DNA of 64,000 nt from a bacterium (GTDB taxonomy: Bacteria > Electryoneota > JAOADG01): the NCBI GenBank assembly GCA_963681965.1, contig OY820579.1, positions 3,904,001 to 3,968,000 of the forward strand. The letters are read 5' to 3'. A program made the position numbers and the translations under genes. Below the pieces are notes generated by a model. The model was not told the origin of the DNA. It ran no database searches and worked only from the letters and a program-made list of their open reading frames with translations. Below, piece by piece: positions 1 to 9,215 of this stretch; the first letter of the stretch is position 1; the number at the start of each line of letters is the position of its first letter.

Positions 1-4
1 TGCC

Positions 5-1390
5 ATGCGAAAAATGATTGGGCTTGTTGTTATCGTGGTGACGTTATTATGCCAAGTCGTGGGTGCACAAACCTGGCTTCCGATCGGACCGTTTTGGTTT
101 GCTCGCGATGCAATTTTAGACGGAAATAATAGATTGGTGTTATCACAGGACCTCAATAACGGTGGTGATTCTAATTATTACAGTCAATTCGATCTTGTGA
201 CCGGTCAACAATTGTGGCGCAGGTACGAGACCATTCAAATCGATCCATCCCGAACTGTAGGACTTGCAGCATCTAACGATCACTCTTTTTTCAGTCTAAC
301 TATGTGGGCTGGTCTCACATTTGCAAAATGGGATAGTAATGGAAATAATACTATACCACCTGTCAGCATTGATTCGACCTTTCGATATGTTCATTGGACT
401 AACTATTCATGTGACCAACTTGGTAATTTGTACATTACTTGGAATCAAAATCGAGTCGGTTGGTGGTACTGGAGGATAAACTCGCGAGGTGAAATAGATA
501 AAAGAATACTATTAAATCCGGGAACTGCATACAATTTTCGAGTTGCTTGTGATCATTTGGGAGGTGCATATCTCTGGGCAATAGAGGACTCAAGTAATAA
601 TTTCTTTCGTCATTATCTATGGCATATCGATGGAACAACCGATTCAGTTCAGGGACCGATTATATATCGAACAACATCGAGAAATGTTAATATGAGCGGG
701 TTATACTATTCCTGGAATGCAAGGAAACTAGTAGCGATAGAACAGTACGATTCACTTATTTTTCATCTTGAACGCGCAATTGAAATTGATCCCGATTCGT
801 TACGGATGACTCACATATGCATACCGTTTGATCATCCAACGCAAGGTAACGGTTGGTCGTATTGTGCAGATGCCGATACGATCTGGCAGTTAAGCCCGAT
901 AGGTGGTTACGATTCGTCGGGAATTTATCACGACGATTTTCGCTTAATTCTGTCAGGGCTTGCAGCTGATACAAATTGGTTTGTTGCCGAGACTCTTCCT
1001 CGGAATATGCTGGTCTCAAGACCGGATATTCCTAATAGGGCAATCGTTGCCCTAAATAATCAATTAGTTGTCCTCTGGAACGGTAGTGGAATTACTCGTC
1101 GAATTTCCAACACTGGTGTTGACAAACCTTATTACTCGCTACCACAATCGAATTTTTTCATTTTTCCCAATCCGACGAATGGCTGGTTCACGCTATCAGG
1201 ATTTTCAAACTCGAAATCACGCTGGCAACTATTCGATATACTCGGACGTGAAGTGCTGTCCGGCACCATTCCGCGCGGAACATCGCGCACCGCAATTCAA
1301 TTTCCGTCACAGCTTTCGTCGGGGAGTTATTATTTACAGCTTGCCGATCCGCCACAGTCGCAGATTCGAGCGATACGGCTGGTGCGATAA
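5..1390 (+). CDS. Secreted protein with T9SS type A C-terminal sorting domain
   Basis: N-terminal signal peptide; beta-rich body; C-terminal IFPNPTNG..LFDILGREV..LSSGSYYLQL..IRLVR motif typical of the Por/T9SS CTD. Confidence 0.8.
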   Translation: MRKMIGLVVIVVTLLCQVVGAQTWLPIGPFWFARDAILDGNNRLVLSQDLNNGGDSNYYSQFDLVTGQQLWRRYETIQIDPSRTVGLAASNDHSFFSLTMWAGLTFAKWDSNGNNTIPPVSIDSTFRYVHWTNYSCDQLGNLYITWNQNRVGWWYWRINSRGEIDKRILLNPGTAYNFRVACDHLGGAYLWAIEDSSNNFFRHYLWHIDGTTDSVQGPIIYRTTSRNVNMSGLYYSWNARKLVAIEQYDSLIFHLERAIEIDPDSLRMTHICIPFDHPTQGNGWSYCADADTIWQLSPIGGYDSSGIYHDDFRLILSGLAADTNWFVAETLPRNMLVSRPDIPNRAIVALNNQLVVLWNGSGITRRISNTGVDKPYYSLPQSNFFIFPNPTNGWFTLSGFSNSKSRWQLFDILGREVLSGTIPRGTSRTAIQFPSQLSSGSYYLQLADPPQSQIRAIRLVR

Positions 1391-1459
1391 GGTTTCGAGG
1401 AAAAACGATGAACAATGTTGGATGCAGATTTGATGGGAAGATTTTGTGGAGTCGATGAG

Positions 1460-2419
1460 ATGAAATATTTATCTTTAAAACCCACTCTCTTGTTTGTTCT
1501 ATTCGTTTTAATTTTATCTTCAGTCGTCGATGCTAATAAGTATTATGGTTCCTATTTTAGAATAGGTCCAACAAAACATGAAAATTTGAAAACCAATGAA
1601 GCATTTTCGGTTTGCACTGTATGGAAAATAGAAAAGAAAACTTCCTCAATTTCTGTCGACATATCTTTACCTGTCGGAGTCACATTACTAAGTGGCGATC
1701 TCCATTGGCAAACGGCAGTAGTGCAACATGAATCATATGACAAGTATTGCTCAGTTGTAATCGATGGATCAGGAATTTTTGTGGTTCCTTGTGTGTTCAA
1801 TGCGGTTCAATGTGAGGATTCCAGCTTCGCTAGATCATTACCAATTCACGACACGCTGTTTTTCGCCTCGCGCGAAGACACCGTTGCATATTTTGATTCC
1901 CAGCAGAAATTGGATCAGTATATCCGGGACTCTGCAAAATATTTCCCTCGAGTTCATCATAGAAAAACAAATCTTCAATTTGAAATTCATAACTTCAAAG
2001 AACAAGCTGATAGCATTATTGGAATTACGAATGGGGGTCCGTTTAATCGCATATTTAGTATTTTTTCGCTTTACGCACTCACTTTTCCAGACTCTAATTA
2101 TCGCGCTTCACTGCCTGATACATTTTCTCAAAACCAGTTGGAACGCATTCACACATTTCTTTTAATTTTTTCGCCACCTGATCAAACTCGGATTGCAAAT
2201 TTATGCAACTCGATCTTCCAGAGGGTAAATCCCAATCTGGCACTTGACAAACGCGAACGTTTCATCAATGCGGTTCAATTGCAGCTTGATGAGTTATTTG
2301 TGTTTGATCGGCAAATAATTATTGCTGAGAACTCGACGGTGGTCGACTCCCTGAATCTTAAGCGTTTTGGGCGAATTCTTTTGAGATTCAGCAAGCTATG
2401 CCATGAAGAAAAATGGTAA
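1460..2419 (+). CDS. Hypothetical exported protein
   Basis: ORF 1415-2419; likely start ATG 1460 (GGAG at 1448) giving a signal peptide MKYLSLKPTLLFVLFVLILSSVVDA; no recognisable domain. Confidence 0.6.
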   Translation: MKYLSLKPTLLFVLFVLILSSVVDANKYYGSYFRIGPTKHENLKTNEAFSVCTVWKIEKKTSSISVDISLPVGVTLLSGDLHWQTAVVQHESYDKYCSVVIDGSGIFVVPCVFNAVQCEDSSFARSLPIHDTLFFASREDTVAYFDSQQKLDQYIRDSAKYFPRVHHRKTNLQFEIHNFKEQADSIIGITNGGPFNRIFSIFSLYALTFPDSNYRASLPDTFSQNQLERIHTFLLIFSPPDQTRIANLCNSIFQRVNPNLALDKRERFINAVQLQLDELFVFDRQIIIAENSTVVDSLNLKRFGRILLRFSKLCHEEKW

Positions 2420-2632
2420 TGCTTTGTGGCGATTTTTTTCAATTCAGCGATCAGATCGCCAGACAATCGATGCGATTCACCCTTTTCTTTATTTTTCAAT
2501 CGATAACGTTCGAGTCTCGAGTTATTTCAATTTTACCGAATATTTGCTTGATTTATCGAAAGATTGATATTAGGTTATCTTTATCCGCGGAACGATGGTA
2601 CGCTGTTCGAACCTGCTAGAATATTCTTTTCC

Positions 2633-2933
2633 GTAGGGCAAAATTTATTCTGCCCAAATTATGTGATTACGATGAATTGAATAGCAGGTCGCAATTGGAG
2701 GCGCGGAAACAACCATCATACCCATTTACATCCCAGAAGTGGTCAGAATAAATTTTGACCTACGGAAAAGATGGGTGTTGGGAATTGGGAAAAGATAAAA
2801 AAACGGGCGAACACGGGGGTTCGCCCCTACTACAGGATAAAGATAGGGCGTATGCGATACGCCCATACGGAAAAGATGGGGCGAATGCGATTACCTTCAG
2901 TGAGCACTTCGTGATTCGCCCCTACGGAAAAGA
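2633..2933. repeat. Mosaic cluster of GTAG-type REP palindromes
   Basis: GTAGGGCAAAATTTATTCTGCCC (2633), GGTCAGAATAAATTTTGACCTAC (2741), CGGGCGAACACGGGGGTTCGCCCCTAC (2804), GGGCGTATGCGATACGCCCATAC (2846), GGGCGAAT..ATTCGCCCCTAC (to 2925), with recurring GGAAAAGA linkers. Confidence 0.8.
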
Positions 2934-2997
2934 AGTACTGTTCCACCAATTTTCGTGCATAGTTCGGTTTCACCTTGATGAATTGGAGGATTTTGTA

Positions 2998-5172
2998 ATG
3001 AAATCTCATCGCCACGTTTCCTGCTTACTTTCAGTTCTGCTCATCACGCTAGTCACCGTACCGATCGTCACTGCACAAATCGCCTGGGTTCCGATGGGAC
3101 CGTTCGGCGGTCACTGCACCGACATCGCTGCCACTTCCGACGGTACGTTGTACGCCTACAGCTACGGCGTCTATCGTTCGACCAACCACGGCGCCAGTTG
3201 GGAGCCGACCGGTTACTACGGGAGTTGGGATGGACACTTGCTGGTATCCGACAGTGCCGTATTCGTGACCACATTCAGCGATCTCTACCGGGTCGATTGT
3301 CAACCACCGCGATTCATCCCACGAGATGGCTCGTCAAACACACTGGTTTCGATCGATCACGATGGTCGACTGTTCCGCACCGGAGACTCGCATACCAATT
3401 TCCACTTCTTTCGCTCGACCGATTACGGTGAGCATTGGACGGTGATCGATACGTCGCTTTCCACGTATGGCAGCAGAATCGGAGCATTTCCCGACAATAG
3501 CTTGATCACCTCCGGCATCAACCAATCACGGATGACAAATTTCCGGTCGACTGATCACGGCGAGCATTGGTCTGTTTACGGCACCCCCGATCACAGTCTG
3601 GCAGTAGAGGTACTGCAATATGCCTTGGGCGAAGACGGTATCGGTTGCGCCGCCACCGATCGCGCTGTCCAGTATACCAGCGATTCCGGAATTTCATGGA
3701 ATGTAGTATTCAACATTCCGATCAATGGTTACATCGAAAAAATCGGACTGCAAGGAGACCAGCGCTTCCATTTCCTGACCTACACCGGGGGCGATTCCAG
3801 CACCTTCTTCTGGATGCCGGCAGCAAGTGGTTCATATGTGCCGACGGTATTCCATCACCGGATGTATTCCTTCGAATCGAATGATGCGTTGGGACCGATC
3901 TTTGCCGGTGAATATCCCGGAATCTGGCGCGCCGATTCGTCCGGAAACATCGCTCCGTTCGGCGATTCGCTCAATTCGTTGAATTGCCGACGGATTTTCG
4001 TCGATGCGAACAACCGGATTCATTGCTTTGCCGGGATCGATACTTCATTCTTTCATTTCTACAGCGACGATATCGGAATGCAGTGGACGCGAGCAGTATG
4101 TCCCTCGAATATTTATTATGCGAATTGCGTCATCACAAACAATTATTGGTATGCGCTCTCAACCAGCAACAACGAAATATTTCACTCTTCCGACGGCGGT
4201 TTAACCTGGTACTATCACGCCACCATTCCAACACGGATAGCCGCCTCGAATTTAGTGGCATTTGATGACGGCACACTGGTTACGTCGACCTACAACTCGC
4301 TGCAAATGCACTATTCGAGCGATGCCGGAACGAGCTGGCATGCGTTTGGATTTCCCGATTCAACCGATTACGAATTGATCTATGAATTCACAGCGATCGA
4401 TACATCGGTGATTGTCGGCTTGACGAATGGCACCATCAGTGGCACCTACCGGTGGTCATTGCACGATTCGCTGCGGCTCATCTCGCCATTTACCTGTCAG
4501 CGGCTGGCGTCCAAGGGGCTGGATGGAATGTACTACTGGTGGATGACCGATTCAGTCAGTCAATACTCACTGTATTTATCTTCGCCGGATTGGACTACGC
4601 TGCTTCATATACCGTTGCCCGATTCGCTCAGCGAGATTACGCCACTCGCAGTCGATGCTGCGGGGCAGCTCTATTTGCAGCGCAATGGCATCACGTGGAT
4701 GTCCAGCGATCGCGGTCAGCATTGGACGCAAATCACCACCGGTTTGCCGTATACCTCGAGTGATGAGAATGTCTTTTATGAATCCAATACCGTGACGGAG
4801 TTGGCAATACATCCCGTCACCGGTGTGCTTCTTGCCGGTATGACACACGGGATTTTCCGGACGGCGTCGTCCGTGACAAGCGTTGCCGAATCGCATCGGA
4901 CGGCATTGCCGACAATCCTCGCGCTCAGCAATTATCCGAATCCGTTCAACGGATCGACAGTCGTCTCGTTTACAGTTCCGCATGCGAATCGCGTGACTGT
5001 GGCGATTTACAATGTCAATGGCGAATTGGTTACGAAGCTGTTGAACAAATCGCTTGCAGCCGGTGAGCATTCGGTGAGGTGGAATGCGGAAGGGATTTCC
5101 AGCGGCGTTTATTTCTGCAAGGTTATCAGCGGCAACTTGAATGCGACGCGAAAGTTGATTTTAGTGAAATGA
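2998..5172 (+). CDS. BNR/Asp-box beta-propeller protein with T9SS C-terminal domain
   Basis: Start ATG 2998 after GGAGG; signal peptide; repeated SxDxGxxW Asp-boxes (STNHGASW, STDYGEHW, SSDGGLTW, SSDAGTSW, SSDRGQHW); CTD NYPNPFN..SSGVYFCKV..RKLILVK. Confidence 0.85.
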   Translation: MKSHRHVSCLLSVLLITLVTVPIVTAQIAWVPMGPFGGHCTDIAATSDGTLYAYSYGVYRSTNHGASWEPTGYYGSWDGHLLVSDSAVFVTTFSDLYRVDCQPPRFIPRDGSSNTLVSIDHDGRLFRTGDSHTNFHFFRSTDYGEHWTVIDTSLSTYGSRIGAFPDNSLITSGINQSRMTNFRSTDHGEHWSVYGTPDHSLAVEVLQYALGEDGIGCAATDRAVQYTSDSGISWNVVFNIPINGYIEKIGLQGDQRFHFLTYTGGDSSTFFWMPAASGSYVPTVFHHRMYSFESNDALGPIFAGEYPGIWRADSSGNIAPFGDSLNSLNCRRIFVDANNRIHCFAGIDTSFFHFYSDDIGMQWTRAVCPSNIYYANCVITNNYWYALSTSNNEIFHSSDGGLTWYYHATIPTRIAASNLVAFDDGTLVTSTYNSLQMHYSSDAGTSWHAFGFPDSTDYELIYEFTAIDTSVIVGLTNGTISGTYRWSLHDSLRLISPFTCQRLASKGLDGMYYWWMTDSVSQYSLYLSSPDWTTLLHIPLPDSLSEITPLAVDAAGQLYLQRNGITWMSSDRGQHWTQITTGLPYTSSDENVFYESNTVTELAIHPVTGVLLAGMTHGIFRTASSVTSVAESHRTALPTILALSNYPNPFNGSTVVSFTVPHANRVTVAIYNVNGELVTKLLNKSLAAGEHSVRWNAEGISSGVYFCKVISGNLNATRKLILVK

Positions 5173-5707
5173 TGGGTGGTAGGTGATTGGATTTCGGTGG
5201 GTCGGAATTTATTCCGACACCTCCTGTGTCTGGTATTTGGTGGCGCAGGCCTCCGAGCCTGCGATTCCTTTTAGTAGGTCGGAATTTATTCCGACTCCTC
5301 TTGTGTCCAAAATTGAAGAAGCAACGCAGGCTGAAGCCTGCGGCTACAAACGAATAAAAAAAAGACACAAAAACGGGCGGGCGTGGGAGCCCGCCCCTAC
5401 TACAGGATACAGGATACACGATTAAAAAAGATACAAGAAGTGGTCAGAACAAGTTCTGACCTGCGGAAAAGAAGATTGGTCGTGCACCTCGAAAAGGCAA
5501 AGGATACGGGCGGGCGTGGGAGCCCGCCCCTACTACAAGATACAGGATACACGATTAAAAAAAGATACAAGAAGTGGTCAGAACAAGTTCTGACCTACGG
5601 AAAAGAAGATTGGTCGTGCACCTCGAAAAGGCAAAGGATACGGGCGGGCGCGGGGATCCGCCCCTACTAAAAGATAAAAAAGATACGGCGCACAAGCCCG
5701 CCGCTAC
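5172..5707. repeat. Mosaic REP array (BIME-like) containing a 133/134-bp tandem duplication
   Basis: GTCGGAATTTATTCCGAC x2, GTGGCGCAGGCCTCCGAGCCTGCG, CGCAGGCTGAAGCCTGCGGCTAC; ACGGGCGGGCG..CCGCCCCTAC at 5373, 5506 and 5640 with near-identical intervening sequence; lies between convergent genes. Confidence 0.9.
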
Positions 5708-5713
5708 TGAAAA

Positions 5714-7105
5714 TTATTCGTCGAGTGCATCCTTCAGGTCGGGTGCAAAGCGCTTGCGGAGATACGGTTTCACCGTTACAATTCCGACCAAGCCGAGCAT
5801 CAGGATGATGCATCCCGCATACACCGTCCAAGTACCGGGATCGTAAGCTACCGAGAAAATCGAATAGGTCGGATTCCCCTCAATAAAACTCGATTGATAA
5901 AATTTCCAGCCGCGATGATCCAACGTGTGGTTCATGTAAATATCGTAGGGATACTCTCCCTGCTGTGGATCATGCACGACCACATCACTAGCGAAACTCG
6001 CCGATTGACGGGTACCGGGATAGAAATCACGTTTGAATTTCTTCAATTCGATCGCAAAACCGAGATCGTACTTTTCCGCCGACATGACAAACGTCGGTGA
6101 ATTGGGACCGAAGGCAAAATCCATCCCTTTCCTGATCCAGACCGCTTTGGAAGTATTCCCTTGAGGATCGGTTACACTGAATTGCAGCGCCTGAATCCCG
6201 TTCTGCCCTTTGGTCGGTTCGAAATAGGTTCGCAGTACTACATGTTCGCGCAATTGCGTCACTGTGATCGACGATTGCGCAGTGATCGAGAATTTCTGAC
6301 CAATTGTAATAGGATCGACCTGCGGTTTATTGTCGACCATGTGCCAGACATACATCTGACCCGGCACGGCAATCAGCAGATACTGCACATTCAACTGTGC
6401 CAAGAACGACACATCGGGGGGGATTGCATTCAGGGCGATCAACTGGATGGTTCCGACCATCGGCAATTGCCAGCGGGCATTCTCGGGTTTACCACTCCAC
6501 AACCATGCATCATTCGACGCCATCGGCGCATCGAATCGAATCGCAATCGCCGGTAGACCATTCGGATCGTCTTCCATCTTGACTTCACCGACTGCCGAGG
6601 GCAAGAACCGCAACAAATTCAATTTACCGCGCTGCTTGGGTAGATCGACTACTTTCGGTTTAGCATTTTCCGATCGCGGCAACGATTCCAGGCGCAGTGG
6701 TAAAATACCATTCACACCATCGGGATAAGTGACTTCCAATTGATGGGATATAAGATCAATCGAATTGGAAGACTGCCCTTCCGCAACTGCCATCTGCCCT
6801 TCGATGCCCCAGTTGCGACTGATGACGGCACCCGCCAAAATCACGAGTACACCAATGTGGGTGAAGAGCCAGACGATCTGATGCAGCTTGAAGGGATAGC
6901 GTTCCAACGTACATGCAATCAGATTGATGGCGAGCAATCCCAATAGGAAATCGAACCAGATACTGTGATAGACATCGACTTGCGCGACTCGAGCCCCGAC
7001 CGACGACTCGTAGGTCGTGCCGAACACCATTGCGAGACCGATTACGATCAGCAAAATCACAGTTAACCGAATGGACGCCAGCGGGCGAATAAATCGTGGT
7101 AACAA
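5714..7105 (-). CDS. resB: Cytochrome c biogenesis protein ResB/CcsB (system II)
   Basis: LASIRLTVILL..GT..E, YHSIWF, LLAINL, HIGVLVILAG..GIEG; C-terminal MNHTL..GWKFYQSSF..SV..DPG..VYAG; TTG start after GGAGG. Confidence 0.85.
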   Translation of the reverse strand: MLPRFIRPLASIRLTVILLIVIGLAMVFGTTYESSVGARVAQVDVYHSIWFDFLLGLLAINLIACTLERYPFKLHQIVWLFTHIGVLVILAGAVISRNWGIEGQMAVAEGQSSNSIDLISHQLEVTYPDGVNGILPLRLESLPRSENAKPKVVDLPKQRGKLNLLRFLPSAVGEVKMEDDPNGLPAIAIRFDAPMASNDAWLWSGKPENARWQLPMVGTIQLIALNAIPPDVSFLAQLNVQYLLIAVPGQMYVWHMVDNKPQVDPITIGQKFSITAQSSITVTQLREHVVLRTYFEPTKGQNGIQALQFSVTDPQGNTSKAVWIRKGMDFAFGPNSPTFVMSAEKYDLGFAIELKKFKRDFYPGTRQSASFASDVVVHDPQQGEYPYDIYMNHTLDHRGWKFYQSSFIEGNPTYSIFSVAYDPGTWTVYAGCIILMLGLVGIVTVKPYLRKRFAPDLKDALDE

Positions 7106-7154
7106 AAATGCCTCCCGAGTGGAGTAGCGATTAATTTCGTCAAATACATCGATT

Positions 7155-7191
7155 AAGAAAAGCGCAGGCTAACAAACCGCCTGCGCTTCTT
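7155..7191 (-). terminator. Rho-independent terminator after the c554-like cytochrome gene
   Basis: Minus strand AAGCGCAGGC-GGTTTGTTA-GCCTGCGCTT followed by TTCTT. Confidence 0.65.
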
Positions 7192-7220
7192 ACCAAACAA
7201 TACGAGTGAAAGCTGAAGAA

Positions 7221-7757
7221 TTACTTGGCTTTCTTGCTGTGTGCTACCTTTGCCCACATTTCATCGAACTTGAATTCACCCTTGTGAGTCGGGCTCTTCT
7301 CGTTGTGACAAGTGACGCACCCTTTTTTGGGATCGGCAGTCATACCGGCGGCGACGCTGGCATCGTGATCCTTCATCACCTTCATCGGGCTGTAATCGGC
7401 ACCGGCACCGTGACACGCTTCGCAGCCAACGCCTTCATCCTTTAATTCGGCATTGATCACGTGGCAGGACAAGCACTGGGGATTATCCTGAGCAGTGCCT
7501 TCGAGCTTCAACGTTTTCATCACGGCAGCAGATTCTTCACCACTCAAACGCTTGAATGCGTTGGCATGAGCAGTTTTTGCCCAAGTTTCGGCAATTTCAC
7601 CCTTCGCCGGTCCTTTGTGACACATTGAACATTTTTTGGCTCCGACAAAAGCGTGAGCTGGTGCGGCATCCTTCGCGGCTTTTTCTTCGGCTAACGCACT
7701 GGTGGTAAACGCAATTGTAACAACCAGAGCCAATGCCACGAGTAGTAGTTTCTTCAT
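7221..7757 (-). CDS. Periplasmic tetraheme cytochrome c (c554-like family)
   Basis: Start 7757 with strong RBS GGAGGAGGT; Sec signal peptide; 4 CxxCH (CSMCH, CLSCH, CEACH, CVTCH); FVGAKKC..W..T.HA.AF..GVGCEACHG.G pattern. Confidence 0.88.
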   Translation of the reverse strand: MKKLLLVALALVVTIAFTTSALAEEKAAKDAAPAHAFVGAKKCSMCHKGPAKGEIAETWAKTAHANAFKRLSGEESAAVMKTLKLEGTAQDNPQCLSCHVINAELKDEGVGCEACHGAGADYSPMKVMKDHDASVAAGMTADPKKGCVTCHNEKSPTHKGEFKFDEMWAKVAHSKKAK

Positions 7758-7904
7758 TCTTGACCTCCTCCATTGATCGATCATTCATTAGGTTAAACGT
7801 ATGAATCAGTTAAAAAGTTTAGATCTCTTGTAGTAGTAAATTTGAAAACAAGTTCGCGACGTATCTAATTATATATCGACAAGTTAGTTCCGGATCCTGA
7901 ATAA

Positions 7905-8507
7905 TTATCTCCGTTGCTCGGTCGGTTTGTTCCAGAAATAGTAACTTTCCCGCGAGTGACAACGATTACAGGTCACGGTAGTACTATCAAATCCGATATC
8001 GTAATACATATCGATTCTGCCATTCATGTGCGTCGGCGAATCCCACAGGGTCGGTGCATCGTGACAGGTAGAACAATTGAAGTCCGTCAATTCGGTTAAA
8101 TGGAATTGATGACGCCCGACGCCGCGCACCGTCATATCGGTCTCGCCCGAAAGCGATCGGGGCGGTGCCCAATTCGCCATCGTGCCTTTCGCAGCTTCCC
8201 CACCGGAACCGTGACAGAAATTACAGTTGGTGACAATCCCGGTCGAATTGGAATTGTGGCATTCGTTGCAACCAACCCCTGACGTCCCGCCATCAAAATA
8301 AGTTCCGTGACAAGCTTGGCACTGGCGGATGTTGAAGTGATTTGCCCGAAGCCAGTCGGCATGTTTGGTTTCCGCCGGCGATCCAAAGTAAGGGTGCGAT
8401 TGATAAATCCCTTCCAACGGAGTATAATTTTTATTCTTCTCAACCTTGCAGCCCATCGTTAACAGGATCGACAGCGCCGCAATCAGAAACAATGCGATTC
8501 GGTTCAT
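7905..8507 (-). CDS. Pentaheme cytochrome c lipoprotein
   Basis: Lipobox LTMG-C; 5 CxxCH (CQACH, CNECH, CNFCH, CSTCH, CNRCH). Confidence 0.85.
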   Translation of the reverse strand: MNRIALFLIAALSILLTMGCKVEKNKNYTPLEGIYQSHPYFGSPAETKHADWLRANHFNIRQCQACHGTYFDGGTSGVGCNECHNSNSTGIVTNCNFCHGSGGEAAKGTMANWAPPRSLSGETDMTVRGVGRHQFHLTELTDFNCSTCHDAPTLWDSPTHMNGRIDMYYDIGFDSTTVTCNRCHSRESYYFWNKPTEQRR

Positions 8508-8519
8508 CGGTAGCTGCTC

Positions 8520-9215
8520 CTATTTGTTATGGCACCGGGCACAAGTGGGTTCGCTCTTGCCAACATCGTGACAGGCGAGACAAGTCTCGATAAATTTCTG
8601 TGCTTCATCGCGATGCGCACCGCCTTGCAGATTCGCCCAAGCGGAACCGAGCGGATGACGCATCGGAATCGAGGCGCGATGACAGGAAGTACAATATTCC
8701 CGGGTTTCGTGACAGGTCAGGCACCGTCCGCCGAATGCGGCATCGGTGGCATGATTGAACCGGTATCCGGCAGGATGCGGTTTGCCGGTGACGCCGGTGC
8801 TGTTATGACAGGCATCGCAACTGCTCTGATTGTGACAAACCCAGCATTCGGTTTTGCGTGCAGTCGCTTCGATCCCATGCAGATTTTTCGTCCAATCGGG
8901 GGTGATATGCGAAGTCGGTTTGCCGAAACCACCACCCTTTTTACCGTTGATATGACAAAAATCGCAATTTTCCTTACCGGCAAATTCGTGACACTCGACG
9001 CACTGTGCATGCTGCGGAAGTGCGTGAATACCGGGTTTTACTTCGCGGGTCGCATCATGACATTTGTCGCACGCGAGTCCGACTTCATCGTGATGATAGT
9101 TATGACTGAATTTCAGATTGGTGACCGATTCATTCATGCCGAATGCGATTAACGCTGATGCGGCAAGAACGATTACAATCAAAATGGGCAGGAGTAATTT
9201 TCGACTGTGTCTCAT
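8520..9215 (-). CDS. Nonaheme periplasmic cytochrome c (c3/c7-like N-terminus)
   Basis: Start 9215 overlaps the porin stop (ATGA); signal peptide; FSHxxH then 9 CxxCH motifs in about 200 aa. Confidence 0.88.
   Translation of the reverse strand: MRHSRKLLLPILIVIVLAASALIAFGMNESVTNLKFSHNYHHDEVGLACDKCHDATREVKPGIHALPQHAQCVECHEFAGKENCDFCHINGKKGGGFGKPTSHITPDWTKNLHGIEATARKTECWVCHNQSSCDACHNSTGVTGKPHPAGYRFNHATDAAFGGRCLTCHETREYCTSCHRASIPMRHPLGSAWANLQGGAHRDEAQKFIETCLACHDVGKSEPTCARCHNK

Noticed and set aside
2755-2997. 81-aa N-terminal extension of the 805-aa ORF
   Set aside because: It is translated REP sequence; the RBS and signal peptide indicate a start at 2998
5373-5667. CRISPR-like appearance of three regularly spaced palindromic repeats
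   Set aside because: The intervening sequences are near-identical and over 100 bp, and there are no cas genes; this is a tandem REP duplication
5126-5846. Short ORFs across the repeat array
   Set aside because: They are translations of repeats (GRAWEPAPT-type peptides recur at other REPs) with no coding signal
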